A DNA stretch of 64,000 nt from Planctomycetota bacterium (lineage in GTDB: Bacteria > Planctomycetota > Phycisphaerae > WQYP01): contig JAKAEB010000011.1 of assembly GCA_021818445.1 (NCBI GenBank), positions 2,269 through 66,268 of the forward strand. Direction: 5' to 3'. Positions within the stretch are counted from its first letter, which is position 1, and each line of letters opens with the position of its first letter. The notes below the pieces were generated by a model, which did no database searches, was not told where the DNA came from, and was given only the letters and a program-made list of their open reading frames with translations. Positions 30,285 to 39,941 of this stretch are shown here, in pieces. The position numbers and the translations under genes were made by a program.

Positions 30285-30590
30285 CAGACATGGATGTTCT
30301 GGCCGCACTTATCGAACCAGCAGCGTCAGGATGATGCTGCCAACCAGGCAGGGATGCCGCAAGGTTTCTATCAGGGCACAGCCGGCCCGGCTGCTCAAGG
30401 AAGAGCAGCCGAGCCAGCCTTGAAAATCCAACGCTGCAATCGCCAGGAAGGCACTTATTGCAGAACCGCCCTGCGGAACACATTGGAAGTGAACCGCAGT
30501 GCACACTGGTGACGGATGCACCGGTGTACAGCCAAGGACGGCCAGGCGGGGGCACGATTTAAGCCAGCCGTGTCTCCGCCGCTTTTGATA
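30285..30590 (+). ncRNA. Putative CsrA/RsmA-sequestering sRNA (CsrB/RsmZ-like architecture)
   Basis: Eight hairpins with GGA in their loops (ACATGGATGT, CAGGATG, CAGGGATG, CAAGGAAG, CAGGAAG, CATTGGAAG, GACGGATG, CAAGGACG), then a 12-bp stem at 30545-30580 plus T-tract. Confidence 0.7.
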
Positions 30591-30672
30591 TTTTACCACG
30601 CTGGTTGGCGTTTTGCACCCCCGCTGCGGGGATGCCCAGCGTGTTGCGGTTGAACCGCTGAAGCATTCGGCT

Positions 30673-31602
30673 ATGGATAATCCCGATCATGGCCACCAAC
30701 CCGTCCTGCTTACGGAAACGGTCACCCTCCTCAACATTGAGGAATCCAGTACCGTTGTCGATTGCACAACCGGACGCGGCGGCCATGCCCAAGCCATCGG
30801 GCAGAAACTTGGCCCTTCCGGCAACCTTATCTGTATCGACACAGACGACCGAAATCTTCACTATGCCAAGAGCAGGCTCGCGGATTTGCCCTGCAAACGG
30901 CGGTTCTTTCATGCCAATTTCAGTCAGATTCAGGAAATATTACGGACGGCTGGAATTGCTCGCGTTGATGCCATCCTTGCCGATCTCGGTGTTTCGACCA
31001 ATCAGCTTATCACGGGAGACTACGGGTTGAGCTTCAGTAATGAATCACCTTTAGATATGCGGCTTGATCAGCGATCCCATTCCACTGCCGCCCATCTGGT
31101 CAATCGCCTGGCCGAACACGACCTTGCCGACATATTGTTTCGCAATGCCGATGAGCGGTATTCGCGGCGGATTGCCCGCGCCATCGTGGAAGCGCGGAAG
31201 CGTAAGCCGATCGAAACCACCGGCGAGTTGGCGCAGATTGTGCGATCGGCCGTAAAAGGAGCTTCGCGCGATGCCATCGATTCTGCCACCCGCACCTTTC
31301 AAGCGCTGCGAATGGAAGTGAATCAGGAATTGCCCGCCCTCAGTGCCCTGCTTTCGTCCGTTGTCGCGCTTCAACAGCCGGGCATGCGGCTTGGTGTGAT
31401 CAGCTTTCATTCCGGCGAGGATCGGATCGTGAAGCAGGCGATGCGTCAATGGCAAGCGGACGACTTGGGCGTTGTGCTGACAAAAAAACCGATTGCGCCG
31501 ACCGATGCTGAAATTTATGCCAACCCCCGCAGTCGAAGTGCCAAGCTCAGGGGGTTTGAATTCAGGGCCGGGGGCGACGCGACTTCGGCAGTGCGGCAAT
31601 AG
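30673..31602 (+). CDS. rsmH: 16S rRNA m4C1402 methyltransferase
   Basis: HQPVLL, DCTTGRGGH, DLGVS, PLDMRLD, ISFHSGEDR, NPRSRSAKLR. Confidence 0.97.
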   Translation: MDNPDHGHQPVLLTETVTLLNIEESSTVVDCTTGRGGHAQAIGQKLGPSGNLICIDTDDRNLHYAKSRLADLPCKRRFFHANFSQIQEILRTAGIARVDAILADLGVSTNQLITGDYGLSFSNESPLDMRLDQRSHSTAAHLVNRLAEHDLADILFRNADERYSRRIARAIVEARKRKPIETTGELAQIVRSAVKGASRDAIDSATRTFQALRMEVNQELPALSALLSSVVALQQPGMRLGVISFHSGEDRIVKQAMRQWQADDLGVVLTKKPIAPTDAEIYANPRSRSAKLRGFEFRAGGDATSAVRQ

Positions 31603-31678
31603 CGCATGGATATGTAATAGTGCGGATGGTGCGGCGTTGAGCCATCTGAACCAATGGTTTTTTACGGGAGGTTCAAGG

Positions 31679-32521
31679 ATGAACCGCGAAACAAAAGTTG
31701 GTCTTATTACCGGGTTGGCCATCATTGTGATGGTGGGCATGCTGCTTTCAAGCTATCTTAATCGGCAGGCAAGTTCCATCAAGATGGCGAGTTTGTCCAA
31801 TTTGGGATCCACCCTGCGGCATTCTTTGCTTCGCCCGGTGTCGGATCAAACCATCCCGGTACCGAATGTGGCCCCCAAAGGTGCACCGGTTGCTGCCACC
31901 ACTCCGCCGGCCAATCCGGCATCCGGTACGGTGACGTCGGCGGGGCATACGCCGACCAGGCAAAACCAGTCCGCAGCCGTGCTAAGCATGCCCCAATATC
32001 CGTCGGCACCTGTGGTTACATTTCCAACCGCGACATCACCGCACCTTGCGGCCGTCCCCGCCGCCGGCACGATGCAGTTGCAAAATGCGGTGCAGAGCCA
32101 GCCTGCCAACGCACCGGGCGGCCAGACCACCTATACCGTGGTTGCCAATGACACGCTTACCCGCATCGCCCAGCATTTTTACCATGATGGTGGACCGGTG
32201 GCGATCGAGCGCATCATCCGCGCCAACCCGGGTAAATTATCCAGCGTTCGCAGCATGTTGCGGATCGGAGAAAAGTTGAATATTCCCTCGGCGGCCAATC
32301 GTGTCTCTATGCCGCAGATGATGGCGGTGACCAACTCGGGCACCACCAGCAATACGCCCCCGACACACGCGTACCGGGTAAAACCGGGGGATACGCTTTA
32401 TCGCATTGCGCTGGTCACCATGGGCGCTGCCAACATGCACAATATTGATGCCATCAAAAAGGCAAACGGCATAACCAATGACCGCGATTTGCGCGTGGGC
32501 GAAAAGCTGAATATCCCCTGA
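31679..32521 (+). CDS. Membrane-anchored protein with two LysM domains
   Basis: MNRETKVGL plus TM; YTVVANDTLTRIA and YRVKPGDTLYRIA..LRVGEKLNIP. Confidence 0.9.
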   Translation: MNRETKVGLITGLAIIVMVGMLLSSYLNRQASSIKMASLSNLGSTLRHSLLRPVSDQTIPVPNVAPKGAPVAATTPPANPASGTVTSAGHTPTRQNQSAAVLSMPQYPSAPVVTFPTATSPHLAAVPAAGTMQLQNAVQSQPANAPGGQTTYTVVANDTLTRIAQHFYHDGGPVAIERIIRANPGKLSSVRSMLRIGEKLNIPSAANRVSMPQMMAVTNSGTTSNTPPTHAYRVKPGDTLYRIALVTMGAANMHNIDAIKKANGITNDRDLRVGEKLNIP

Positions 32522-32616
32522 ATCGTCCGGCCGGGCATGGCAATTCCCTCAAGTTTGACACGTGTCCGCATGCGCACCGACTTGCGAAGCGTCGGCATCC
32601 AGCCTATGTTTTGGTC

Positions 32617-33330
32617 ATGGACAAAAGTAAATCAACAGTCGATGAAATTCGTAACCGCTTTGACCATGAGGTGGAGCGCTTTTCCAATCTTGAAACCGGG
32701 CAGTCCGCAACTATGGACGCGGCGCTGGTGCTGGATATTATTCAGCAGTCGGCCGCCCGGCTGTGTCCCCACGCCCGGGCCATGCTGGATATTGGCTGCG
32801 GGGCAGGCAATTTTACATTAAAACTTCTCCAGGCGCTGCCAAACATGGATTGCACGCTGATTGATTTAAGCCAACGCATGCTTGACCGTGCGGCCCAGCG
32901 CGTCGGCGGTGCCACGCGCGGTGTGGTTACCTGCCATCAGACCGATGTGCGGGATTACCATCCACCGACCAGCGCATTTGATATCGTTACCGCCGCGGCC
33001 GTGCTGCACCATTTACGCACGGAGGCGGAGTGGCGGCAGGTTTTTCAAAGCATCTTTTCAGCACTGCGCCCGGGCGGGTCGCTGTGGGTGTGGGATATGA
33101 TTCAGCACGATACCCCGGCCATTGAAGCCGTCATGCAGGATCGTTTTCACCATCACCTGGTAAGCCTTGAGGGCGAAACATACCGTGATAAGGTTTTGGC
33201 GTACATCGAGCGGGAAGATACCGCCACCAGCCTGAACTTTCAGGTGGATGTGGCCAAGGCGGCCGGTTTTAACCGTGTTGAAATCCTGCACAAAACCGCC
33301 ATATTTGCGGCCTATGTCGCCATCAAATAG
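32617..33330 (+). CDS. Class I SAM-dependent methyltransferase
   Basis: LDIGCGAG, IDLS..ML, AVLHHL, LRPGG. Confidence 0.9.
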   Translation: MDKSKSTVDEIRNRFDHEVERFSNLETGQSATMDAALVLDIIQQSAARLCPHARAMLDIGCGAGNFTLKLLQALPNMDCTLIDLSQRMLDRAAQRVGGATRGVVTCHQTDVRDYHPPTSAFDIVTAAAVLHHLRTEAEWRQVFQSIFSALRPGGSLWVWDMIQHDTPAIEAVMQDRFHHHLVSLEGETYRDKVLAYIEREDTATSLNFQVDVAKAAGFNRVEILHKTAIFAAYVAIK

Positions 33331-33355
33331 CCGGCCCAGTCGGCCCGGCAGCCGA

Positions 33356-34069
33356 TCAGAGCTTGTTCATCAGGTTTTTAACCGATGACGCCCCGGGGAT
33401 GTTGCCAGCTTCAAACTTGGCCGCCAGCGTTTCAATGTCAGATAGCGATTTGATGCTTCCATTGGAAAGCCCCGTCTGCACCTGCTGCAGAAATTGCGTC
33501 GCCTTGCCCAAGCCTGCGGTGAGCGATTGGAGTTTGGTTTGAGCGGTCGCGGCGTCGGGGTAGATGGCTGAAACGGTTTTTTGCAGGTCGATCTTCCATG
33601 AGCTGCCGACTTTGGACAAAAAGAGTTTCGAGAGGTTTTTACCCTGATTGACCACGGCGGACTGGCCGTTGACGACCACGGAGGAATTTTTCAAACTCTC
33701 CAGCGTGGGCATAATGCCGCCTGTGGGGGCGATTTTGCGGACCATCGCGCTGATGGTTGAGGCAGGGGCATTAAATTTAATACTTTTTTCCACCGTATTT
33801 TTCAGCGAAGAGAGCTTCGCTTCAGCGCTGACGAGGGCCTTTTGGGCTGGTGAACTGGTGGTAAAGACGGATTTTATGGCCGACGCCTTGCCGGACTTAA
33901 ACGCCGAAACAATGCCTGAGAGGGCATTTTCCGCCGAAGTGGTCATGGACGTAGCGGTACCTGAAGTAGCCCCCCCACCACTGCTGGTGGCGGCGTTTTT
34001 AGAACTTGATTTTGAGCAGCCGGCAAGAAGCAAAACGGCGGCGGTAAGGGTAATGGCGATACGTTTCAT
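33356..34069 (-). CDS. Hypothetical lipoprotein
   Basis: MKRIAI..LLLAGC lipobox followed by a Ser/Thr-rich linker. Confidence 0.8.
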   Translation of the reverse strand: MKRIAITLTAAVLLLAGCSKSSSKNAATSSGGGATSGTATSMTTSAENALSGIVSAFKSGKASAIKSVFTTSSPAQKALVSAEAKLSSLKNTVEKSIKFNAPASTISAMVRKIAPTGGIMPTLESLKNSSVVVNGQSAVVNQGKNLSKLFLSKVGSSWKIDLQKTVSAIYPDAATAQTKLQSLTAGLGKATQFLQQVQTGLSNGSIKSLSDIETLAAKFEAGNIPGASSVKNLMNKL

Positions 34070-34277
34070 GGCAAATCCTTCCAAAGTAATAATCCAATGA
34101 TGGCACGTCGTCCCAACGGCCATAGGTAATATATCCGGCAACGCATTTGACTGCGAGGGTTAAATGTTGATACTTATGGGTGTGGCGTTGCCTTTGGCGG
34201 CCACGGGGATGGCGCTGGATTGCAGCGGCATGGGGGTAGGAGATACGGCAGGGGAAGAGATGCAGCGCGAAATTGAT

Positions 34278-34351
<74 letters not shown>

Positions 34352-34365
34352 ATTCCTTACATGAC

Positions 34366-34397
34366 AGGGACTTGCAGTAATGCAAGTCCTTTTTTTT
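34366..34397 (+). terminator. Intrinsic terminator after tRNA
   Basis: GGACTTGCA-GTAA-TGCAAGTCC followed by T8. Confidence 0.85.
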
Positions 34398-34650
34398 GTG
34401 GACCCAGATGGATGCGGCACCTGGAAAGGTAACGTTTCGGTCATACGCCTACCCACGGTGGGTTGCCCCTTAAAAAAAGTACATCAAATGGCAAGCGTCA
34501 GGTTACGCCGCCTTTTTTTACGCCGTCCACAAATTTTGATGGTACCCCCCGATTTGCGATCAGCCAAGTGGCTCGGCCTCCTCCAGCATGGACGACAGGT
34601 AGCCGCGTTTGCGTCCGCCAGGGGTGTGGTTAGCATACGCCTTGGTATTT

Positions 34651-36627
34651 ATGAGCCGTCAATACTACCACGACTCGATCAGCAGGTTCCTGGAGCGGGA
34701 AAGCGACCATATTCTCGGCGTCCTTTGTGCCGCCAGCGAGTTCCCCATCACCCAGACCCAGCGTGACGCCTGGCTGGCGGAAATTGAGGTTATCAAAACG
34801 GCGTTGACGGCTTTCCTTGGTCGCGGCAGCGTTTACCTTGAATATTCCGTTCCACGCCTTGGACGGCGGATCGACGTCGTGCTTTTAATTGACCACGTAT
34901 TGTTCATTCTGGAATTCAAGATAGGGGCGGACACCTTCTCGGCGGCAGCGATCGAACAAGTGTGCGATTACGCCTTGGACATGAAAAATTTCCATGAACC
35001 ATCCCATGGCATTGCCATTGTCCCGGTTCTGGTGGCAACCAACGCGGCCGGCGGTAATCACCAGGTGCTTCCGCACGGCGGCGACGGACTTTACCAACCG
35101 ATATGCAGTACGCCTGATCTCTTGCAAAAAACCATCAATGATTGCCTTTCGACAATCGCCGGTGAGCGCATCGCCCCCGAAACATGGGAGGCCGGTAGGT
35201 ACAATCCGACGCCGACAATTGTCGAAGCCGCACAGGCGCTTTACGCCAACCACGGAGTGGCGGAAATTTCCCGCAGCGACGCGGCCGCGACAAACCTAAG
35301 GGCAACCAGCGATCGCATAGCCGCAATTATTAACGACGCGATGGAGCAACGCCGAAAGGCGATTTGCCTCCTGACCGGCGTGCCGGGTGCCGGCAAGACG
35401 TTGGTAGGGCTGAATATAGCGGCGGCGCATACGAGCGTTCAGATGGATTTGCACAGCGTTTACCTTTCCGGCAATGGGCCTCTGGTTGCCGTCCTGCGTG
35501 AGGCCTTGGCCCGGGATAAGGTAAGGCGCGAGCGAGAACTTCAGAGAACCGTTCGCATTTCGGCGGCGCGCAGCGAGGTGAAGCAGTTTATACAAAACGT
35601 TCATCACTTCAGGGACGAATGCCTGCGCGACACGCGGCCCCCGATAGAACATGTAGCGCTATTTGACGAGGCGCAGCGTGCTTGGAATCTGGAACAAACG
35701 AAGCGGTTTATGCGAGAAAAGCGGAAGCAGACGAAATTTGAGCTTTCCGAGCCTGAATTTTTGATATCCTGCATGGACCGCCACCAAGATTGGGCGGCCG
35801 TCGTTTGCCTGATTGGCGGTGGGCAGGAGATAAACACTGGTGAGGCTGGCGTTGGAGAATGGGTTAACGCGCTGCTGGGCCGCTTCATAAACTGGGACGT
35901 CTACATGTCGCCGCGGTTGTGCGATGCCGATTACCTACCGCGCGACATGGCGGAGCAGCTTGTGCAACGACCCGGTGCGTACATGCACGAGGACCTGCAT
36001 CTTTCAGTCTCGATGCGTTCGTTTCGGGCGGAAAATCTCTCACTGTTGGTTCAGCAACTGCTGGATTTGGATGAGGGCGGGGCGCGTGCTACGCACGACT
36101 CCCTCGCAAGCCGTTACCCCATACGCATATCTCGCGACCTCGCCGCAGCCAAGCAATGGATTCGACGGCAGGCACGGGGTACCGAGCGGTACGGTTTGCT
36201 TGCGTCCTCGCGCGCCCTGCGCTTAAAACCCGAGGCTGTGGATATTCGCACCGCCGTCGACCCGGTGCAGTGGTTCCTAAACGATCGCAACGATACACGG
36301 TCGAGCTACTATTTGGAGGACGCAGCGACCGAGTATAAAACCCAAGGGCTGGAACTGGATTGGGCCTGCGTGGCATGGGACGCAGACTTCCGGCGCAGTG
36401 GCAACCATTGGGAATCTTGGTCGTTCAGGGGCGAAAAATGGGCTCGCATCCGCAAACCGGAGCGGCAGCGTTACCAGAAAAACGCCTACCGGGTACTGCT
36501 TACCCGCGCAAGGCAAGGGATGGTGATCGTTGTGCCGCGGGGCAACCCGGATGACCACACCCGGCTGCCATCATATTACGACCCGATCTATGAATACCTC
36601 AGGCGCATTGGAATTACGGAAATATAG
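34651..36627 (+). CDS. DUF2075/Schlafen-group-3-like helicase with N-terminal PD-(D/E)xK nuclease-like domain
   Basis: RIDVVL..ILEFK; Walker A GVPGAGKT; FDEAQR; QGLELD; NAYRVLLTRARQG. Confidence 0.85.
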   Translation: MSRQYYHDSISRFLERESDHILGVLCAASEFPITQTQRDAWLAEIEVIKTALTAFLGRGSVYLEYSVPRLGRRIDVVLLIDHVLFILEFKIGADTFSAAAIEQVCDYALDMKNFHEPSHGIAIVPVLVATNAAGGNHQVLPHGGDGLYQPICSTPDLLQKTINDCLSTIAGERIAPETWEAGRYNPTPTIVEAAQALYANHGVAEISRSDAAATNLRATSDRIAAIINDAMEQRRKAICLLTGVPGAGKTLVGLNIAAAHTSVQMDLHSVYLSGNGPLVAVLREALARDKVRRERELQRTVRISAARSEVKQFIQNVHHFRDECLRDTRPPIEHVALFDEAQRAWNLEQTKRFMREKRKQTKFELSEPEFLISCMDRHQDWAAVVCLIGGGQEINTGEAGVGEWVNALLGRFINWDVYMSPRLCDADYLPRDMAEQLVQRPGAYMHEDLHLSVSMRSFRAENLSLLVQQLLDLDEGGARATHDSLASRYPIRISRDLAAAKQWIRRQARGTERYGLLASSRALRLKPEAVDIRTAVDPVQWFLNDRNDTRSSYYLEDAATEYKTQGLELDWACVAWDADFRRSGNHWESWSFRGEKWARIRKPERQRYQKNAYRVLLTRARQGMVIVVPRGNPDDHTRLPSYYDPIYEYLRRIGITEI

Positions 36628-36923
36628 TGCCCCTTGGTTTGTTGCGGGTGGGTGCCAGGGCGTTTGTATCCGCAAGTCCGGTGGTGCGTGCAAAAGAAGC
36701 GTGTGAGTCTGCCAAAGCGCAAAGTGCTAACGGTTTTACGCGATATATCTCTGCTGCGGCCAGGAGCGGGCGGTTTAGCCGCGGTTAAACGAAAATGGCG
36801 AAAGTTGGTGTAAAATCATATATTAATGTTGAGTGCTGCTTCGGAGGTTTGCATGTCGCGGCAACCGCGCAGCGCGGATGCAGGTAGGTTTCGCAGCACC
36901 CGCCGAATGTCTGCCAAATTAAG

Positions 36924-37652
36924 ATGGAGCCGACAGTGATTCACATCGCTACCGAATTGGCCACGTTGGTACCGGCCGCCCCGTCACCAGTGCCCGATAC
37001 CCACTATATCCATTACCTTACGAACCAAGTTGAGTGGTTCTACGGGGAAATGTTCATCGGCATGACGGTTCTTTATGCCTTCGTCGCCGCAGTTTTTGGC
37101 TATTTCATACCTCGGCACAACCTCAAAGCACTGCACGAAAGGATTGACACTGATGCGGCATCAATCAAACAAGTTATCGAGCAACAGCAAGCGGCCATGG
37201 AGAGGGTCCGGCAGGAAACACAGCGGGAGCTTGGGAAAATCCACCACTTCGCCGGTGGTACGCTGCTCCTCGCCAGGGGCCTAAACATCTTTTTGAGCGG
37301 ACTTCTTCCCTCGCGGCCCGTCCAGGGTGGCGTGGATGAGGGAGGCAAAAAAAAGGGCACCATTATTCTGTCCGCCATCGAGCTGCTCGGGGCGTGCCAC
37401 CTGTTTTTTCTTGCCGAGGATTTTCAGATTTCCCTTAATACGATGTCGGAAGCGATCACCGCTTTGCGAGCGTTCGGGGACCCCCCGTCGTTCCTGCTGG
37501 ACCAAAGGCTCCGCAACAGCATCCGCCAAGTACAGGAGGACTTCGCCAAGCTGCGGGCGGACCACGCCGATGTCGTGGAAGCTGCGCAGGCGGTCAAGGA
37601 GCACCTGAGGGATCCGCACCTTCAATGGTTTTTGGACCTGCCGGCCCAATGA
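36924..37652 (+). CDS. Hypothetical membrane protein (TM plus coiled coil)
   Basis: Hydrophobic helix MFIGMTVLYAFVAAVFGYFIP followed by a Q/E-rich coil. Confidence 0.65.
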   Translation: MEPTVIHIATELATLVPAAPSPVPDTHYIHYLTNQVEWFYGEMFIGMTVLYAFVAAVFGYFIPRHNLKALHERIDTDAASIKQVIEQQQAAMERVRQETQRELGKIHHFAGGTLLLARGLNIFLSGLLPSRPVQGGVDEGGKKKGTIILSAIELLGACHLFFLAEDFQISLNTMSEAITALRAFGDPPSFLLDQRLRNSIRQVQEDFAKLRADHADVVEAAQAVKEHLRDPHLQWFLDLPAQ

Positions 37653-37751
37653 TTCGCTTGGCGTTTTTGCTCGCCGCTGATGGATGCCGCTCTGGCGGGC
37701 CTGCGGCCCCGTTGCGGCGTTACCCCGGTTGCCAATATCAGAATAGAGTTA

Positions 37752-37938
37752 GTGGCCGCTGCCGGGCGGTCATGATGATGGGCACCTGCGGGCAGCCGCG
37801 TCACTCGGCGGTTTTAATGGATGCGGTATTGGCGGCCTTAGGCCACGTGCAGCAGACGGTTGATGTCTTCGCCATTCTTCCAGCGCTTATAAATCATTAA
37901 TGATTGCTCAATAACTGGAAAGGCATATTCACCGGGCA
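37752..37938 (-). repeat. Direct repeat copy A: duplicated ppa 3' end (gene fragment) plus downstream flank
   Basis: 187 bp, no indels, 11 mismatches versus 41224-41410; encodes PGEYAFPVIEQSLMIYKRWKNGEDINRLLHVA*. Confidence 0.95.
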
Positions 37939-37963
37939 TACACCACCCTACCCCCCGCGGGCG

Positions 37964-38794
37964 TCATGGGGCCACAAAAACCAGCCGGCCGTTGCGCAGC
38001 CTTGGCTGCGGCGGGTACGAGGCGCTGGCGCTTATTTGCAGGTAGGTGACCGTCTCATACTCGTGTGAGGGGGGCTTGGTTCCCTGTGGCAGGTCCGAAA
38101 GAATCGGGTTATTCGTCGGATTGCCAAGGAGCAAGGGCATCTGTGTGAGCATGCTGCCGCCCCAGGATTTGTCAAAAACGGGAATCGCCTGCACCTTTCC
38201 CTGCCACGCCGCCGGGTAAAGTCCCCGCATTGCCCGAGTGTTCAAGGCGAAATTGCCGTCACTGGAAAAAATGGCCGATCCATCCTTATTAGGCTTGGCC
38301 CGATACGGGCACCTCATGAATGTTTCCACGGTGCCGCGGTTGGATCGCCAGCGTGCATCAGTCAGGATGGACGGATAGCGGCGGCTTGGTGCCACAATCG
38401 TGATGATCGCGCCGCTTCTAACCTGAGTGCTGCTGAGGTTTAGCACAGAGATCGGGCCCTTGGAGGCATGGGAATTCCAAGTTTCCTGCCAGACAGTCAT
38501 GAAGCATTTGCGATGTGGTTTCATGGTGATCCGGAAGCACGCCACGTGGGACGCGATTCCCATCGTTTTAAGAACCTGCTCGGCCGCAGGCGGTAGCGGG
38601 TGCCACCAGAGGCGGTAGCCCGGCCCGGTCATAACCAACTTGTCGCCGGGATCCGGCCGATTTGCCCAAACACAGAGGCCGGCCACGGATGCTATCACCA
38701 CCACCACTGCCGTGATGCCGACGGCGGAACCGACGGCAACCAGCTTTTTTCTTTGGTGAAGATGCGTTAGAAAGCCGACCATTTGGCACCCCAA
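37964..38794 (-). CDS. Hypothetical membrane-anchored/exported protein
   Basis: 276-aa ORF with N-terminal TM. Confidence 0.6.
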   Translation of the reverse strand: MGCQMVGFLTHLHQRKKLVAVGSAVGITAVVVVIASVAGLCVWANRPDPGDKLVMTGPGYRLWWHPLPPAAEQVLKTMGIASHVACFRITMKPHRKCFMTVWQETWNSHASKGPISVLNLSSTQVRSGAIITIVAPSRRYPSILTDARWRSNRGTVETFMRCPYRAKPNKDGSAIFSSDGNFALNTRAMRGLYPAAWQGKVQAIPVFDKSWGGSMLTQMPLLLGNPTNNPILSDLPQGTKPPSHEYETVTYLQISASASYPPQPRLRNGRLVFVAP

Positions 38795-38990
38795 GAGACA
38801 TTGCTACCATTCATCGGGATGGTAACGCGCTGGGGGAATGCTGCCAAATTGATGGGATGGACGCTATGCCTCGCGGGAGGAGTCTGACGCTTAATAAACA
38901 ACCGTTGCCCATCCGTGAGGCCATTGAGGTAGGAATTTCTTTTCACACGATAATTATATTTTATTAAATTATCAGACAGCCGCTGAATGG

Positions 38991-39941
38991 CTACCCTGAA
39001 TCTTCCCTGCTTTTAATCTGCAAGCCGGCGGCCCCGGCGGAGGGGAGCCAACTACGCGAATACTGCCTGAACAGACGGGAGAGTTGTTCGCGGACACCCT
39101 GCTCTTGAAAACGCCCCATCTCGGTAATGTTCTGCCCCACGAACGATTCGATGTCGACCACCGCAATGCGGCCCGCCCTGACCCCAAATTTTTTATCGAT
39201 CTCCGCCTGCCAAAGCGCCCTGGCAGATTGGCGCGTCAGGAACCACACTTCCAGGCGAGTGTCCGAGATTATGGTCGCGAGTTGGTCCATGTGAGCCCTG
39301 TCCGGCCGCTCCGCTATCGTTACCTCGATTGCCGTGTTGCCGACGCGGAAATCCGCCAGGTTTGTTCCGCTCGGCGTATTAACGTTTTTGGGAGTGACGC
39401 ACCGCTCCCCGAACCTCAGTTGCAGCTTTGCCCCAACGAGATACTCGGCGACGTCCTTTGCGCGTCGTTTGCTCTGGGCCTGATCGAGTAAATCTGCTAT
39501 GACAGCCACGGCTGTGCCCTTGTCGTACCGTACGATCAATGGCGCGCTTTCGCCAATTTGTGCCAGGCGAGCCGACGCCTGGGTCTGCATATGGGTGAGT
39601 AACTCCACATTTGCCGCGAGTTGGTCTTCGTGGAAACCGGCGCTACGAAGCCAATCGAACAGGGCTTCTGCCCACGCGTGCAGGTTGCTGGAGCGCCTTC
39701 CCATTTCCTGCACTGGTGAACTTACTTTGAATCGGGAAATTGCCGTTTCAACATAGCGGTTGTGGTCGAGCAATTGCATGCCACTTTTTGCCAAGTGCTG
39801 CTTCAAAACCAGCTTCGGGGTTTCGCGCAACCGTTCCAGGAGGCCAAGAAGTGCCAGCAGCCTCGCCGGTACATCGCGTGTACCCGTGGCCATGTATTGG
39901 TCCATCCAGCCTTGGAAGGTATCGCCGCCGGCCTCACGCAT
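38991..39941 (-). CDS. Putative restriction endonuclease (DUF4928-like PD-(D/E)xK fold)
   Basis: YLVGAKLQLRF, ADF.VG.TAIEVT; start overlaps the methyltransferase stop. Confidence 0.7.
   Translation of the reverse strand: MREAGGDTFQGWMDQYMATGTRDVPARLLALLGLLERLRETPKLVLKQHLAKSGMQLLDHNRYVETAISRFKVSSPVQEMGRRSSNLHAWAEALFDWLRSAGFHEDQLAANVELLTHMQTQASARLAQIGESAPLIVRYDKGTAVAVIADLLDQAQSKRRAKDVAEYLVGAKLQLRFGERCVTPKNVNTPSGTNLADFRVGNTAIEVTIAERPDRAHMDQLATIISDTRLEVWFLTRQSARALWQAEIDKKFGVRAGRIAVVDIESFVGQNITEMGRFQEQGVREQLSRLFRQYSRSWLPSAGAAGLQIKSREDSG

Noticed and set aside
30226..30599. Short ORFs in the mraZ-rsmH gap (30234..30512, 30226..30555, 30309..30599)
   Set aside because: No recognisable motifs, two overlap mraZ, and the GGA-hairpin RNA structure explains the region better
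38943..38973. AT-rich inverted repeat GATAATT..AATTATC as a dif/att site
   Set aside because: Poor match to the XerD arm; more likely a promoter or terminator-region AT tract
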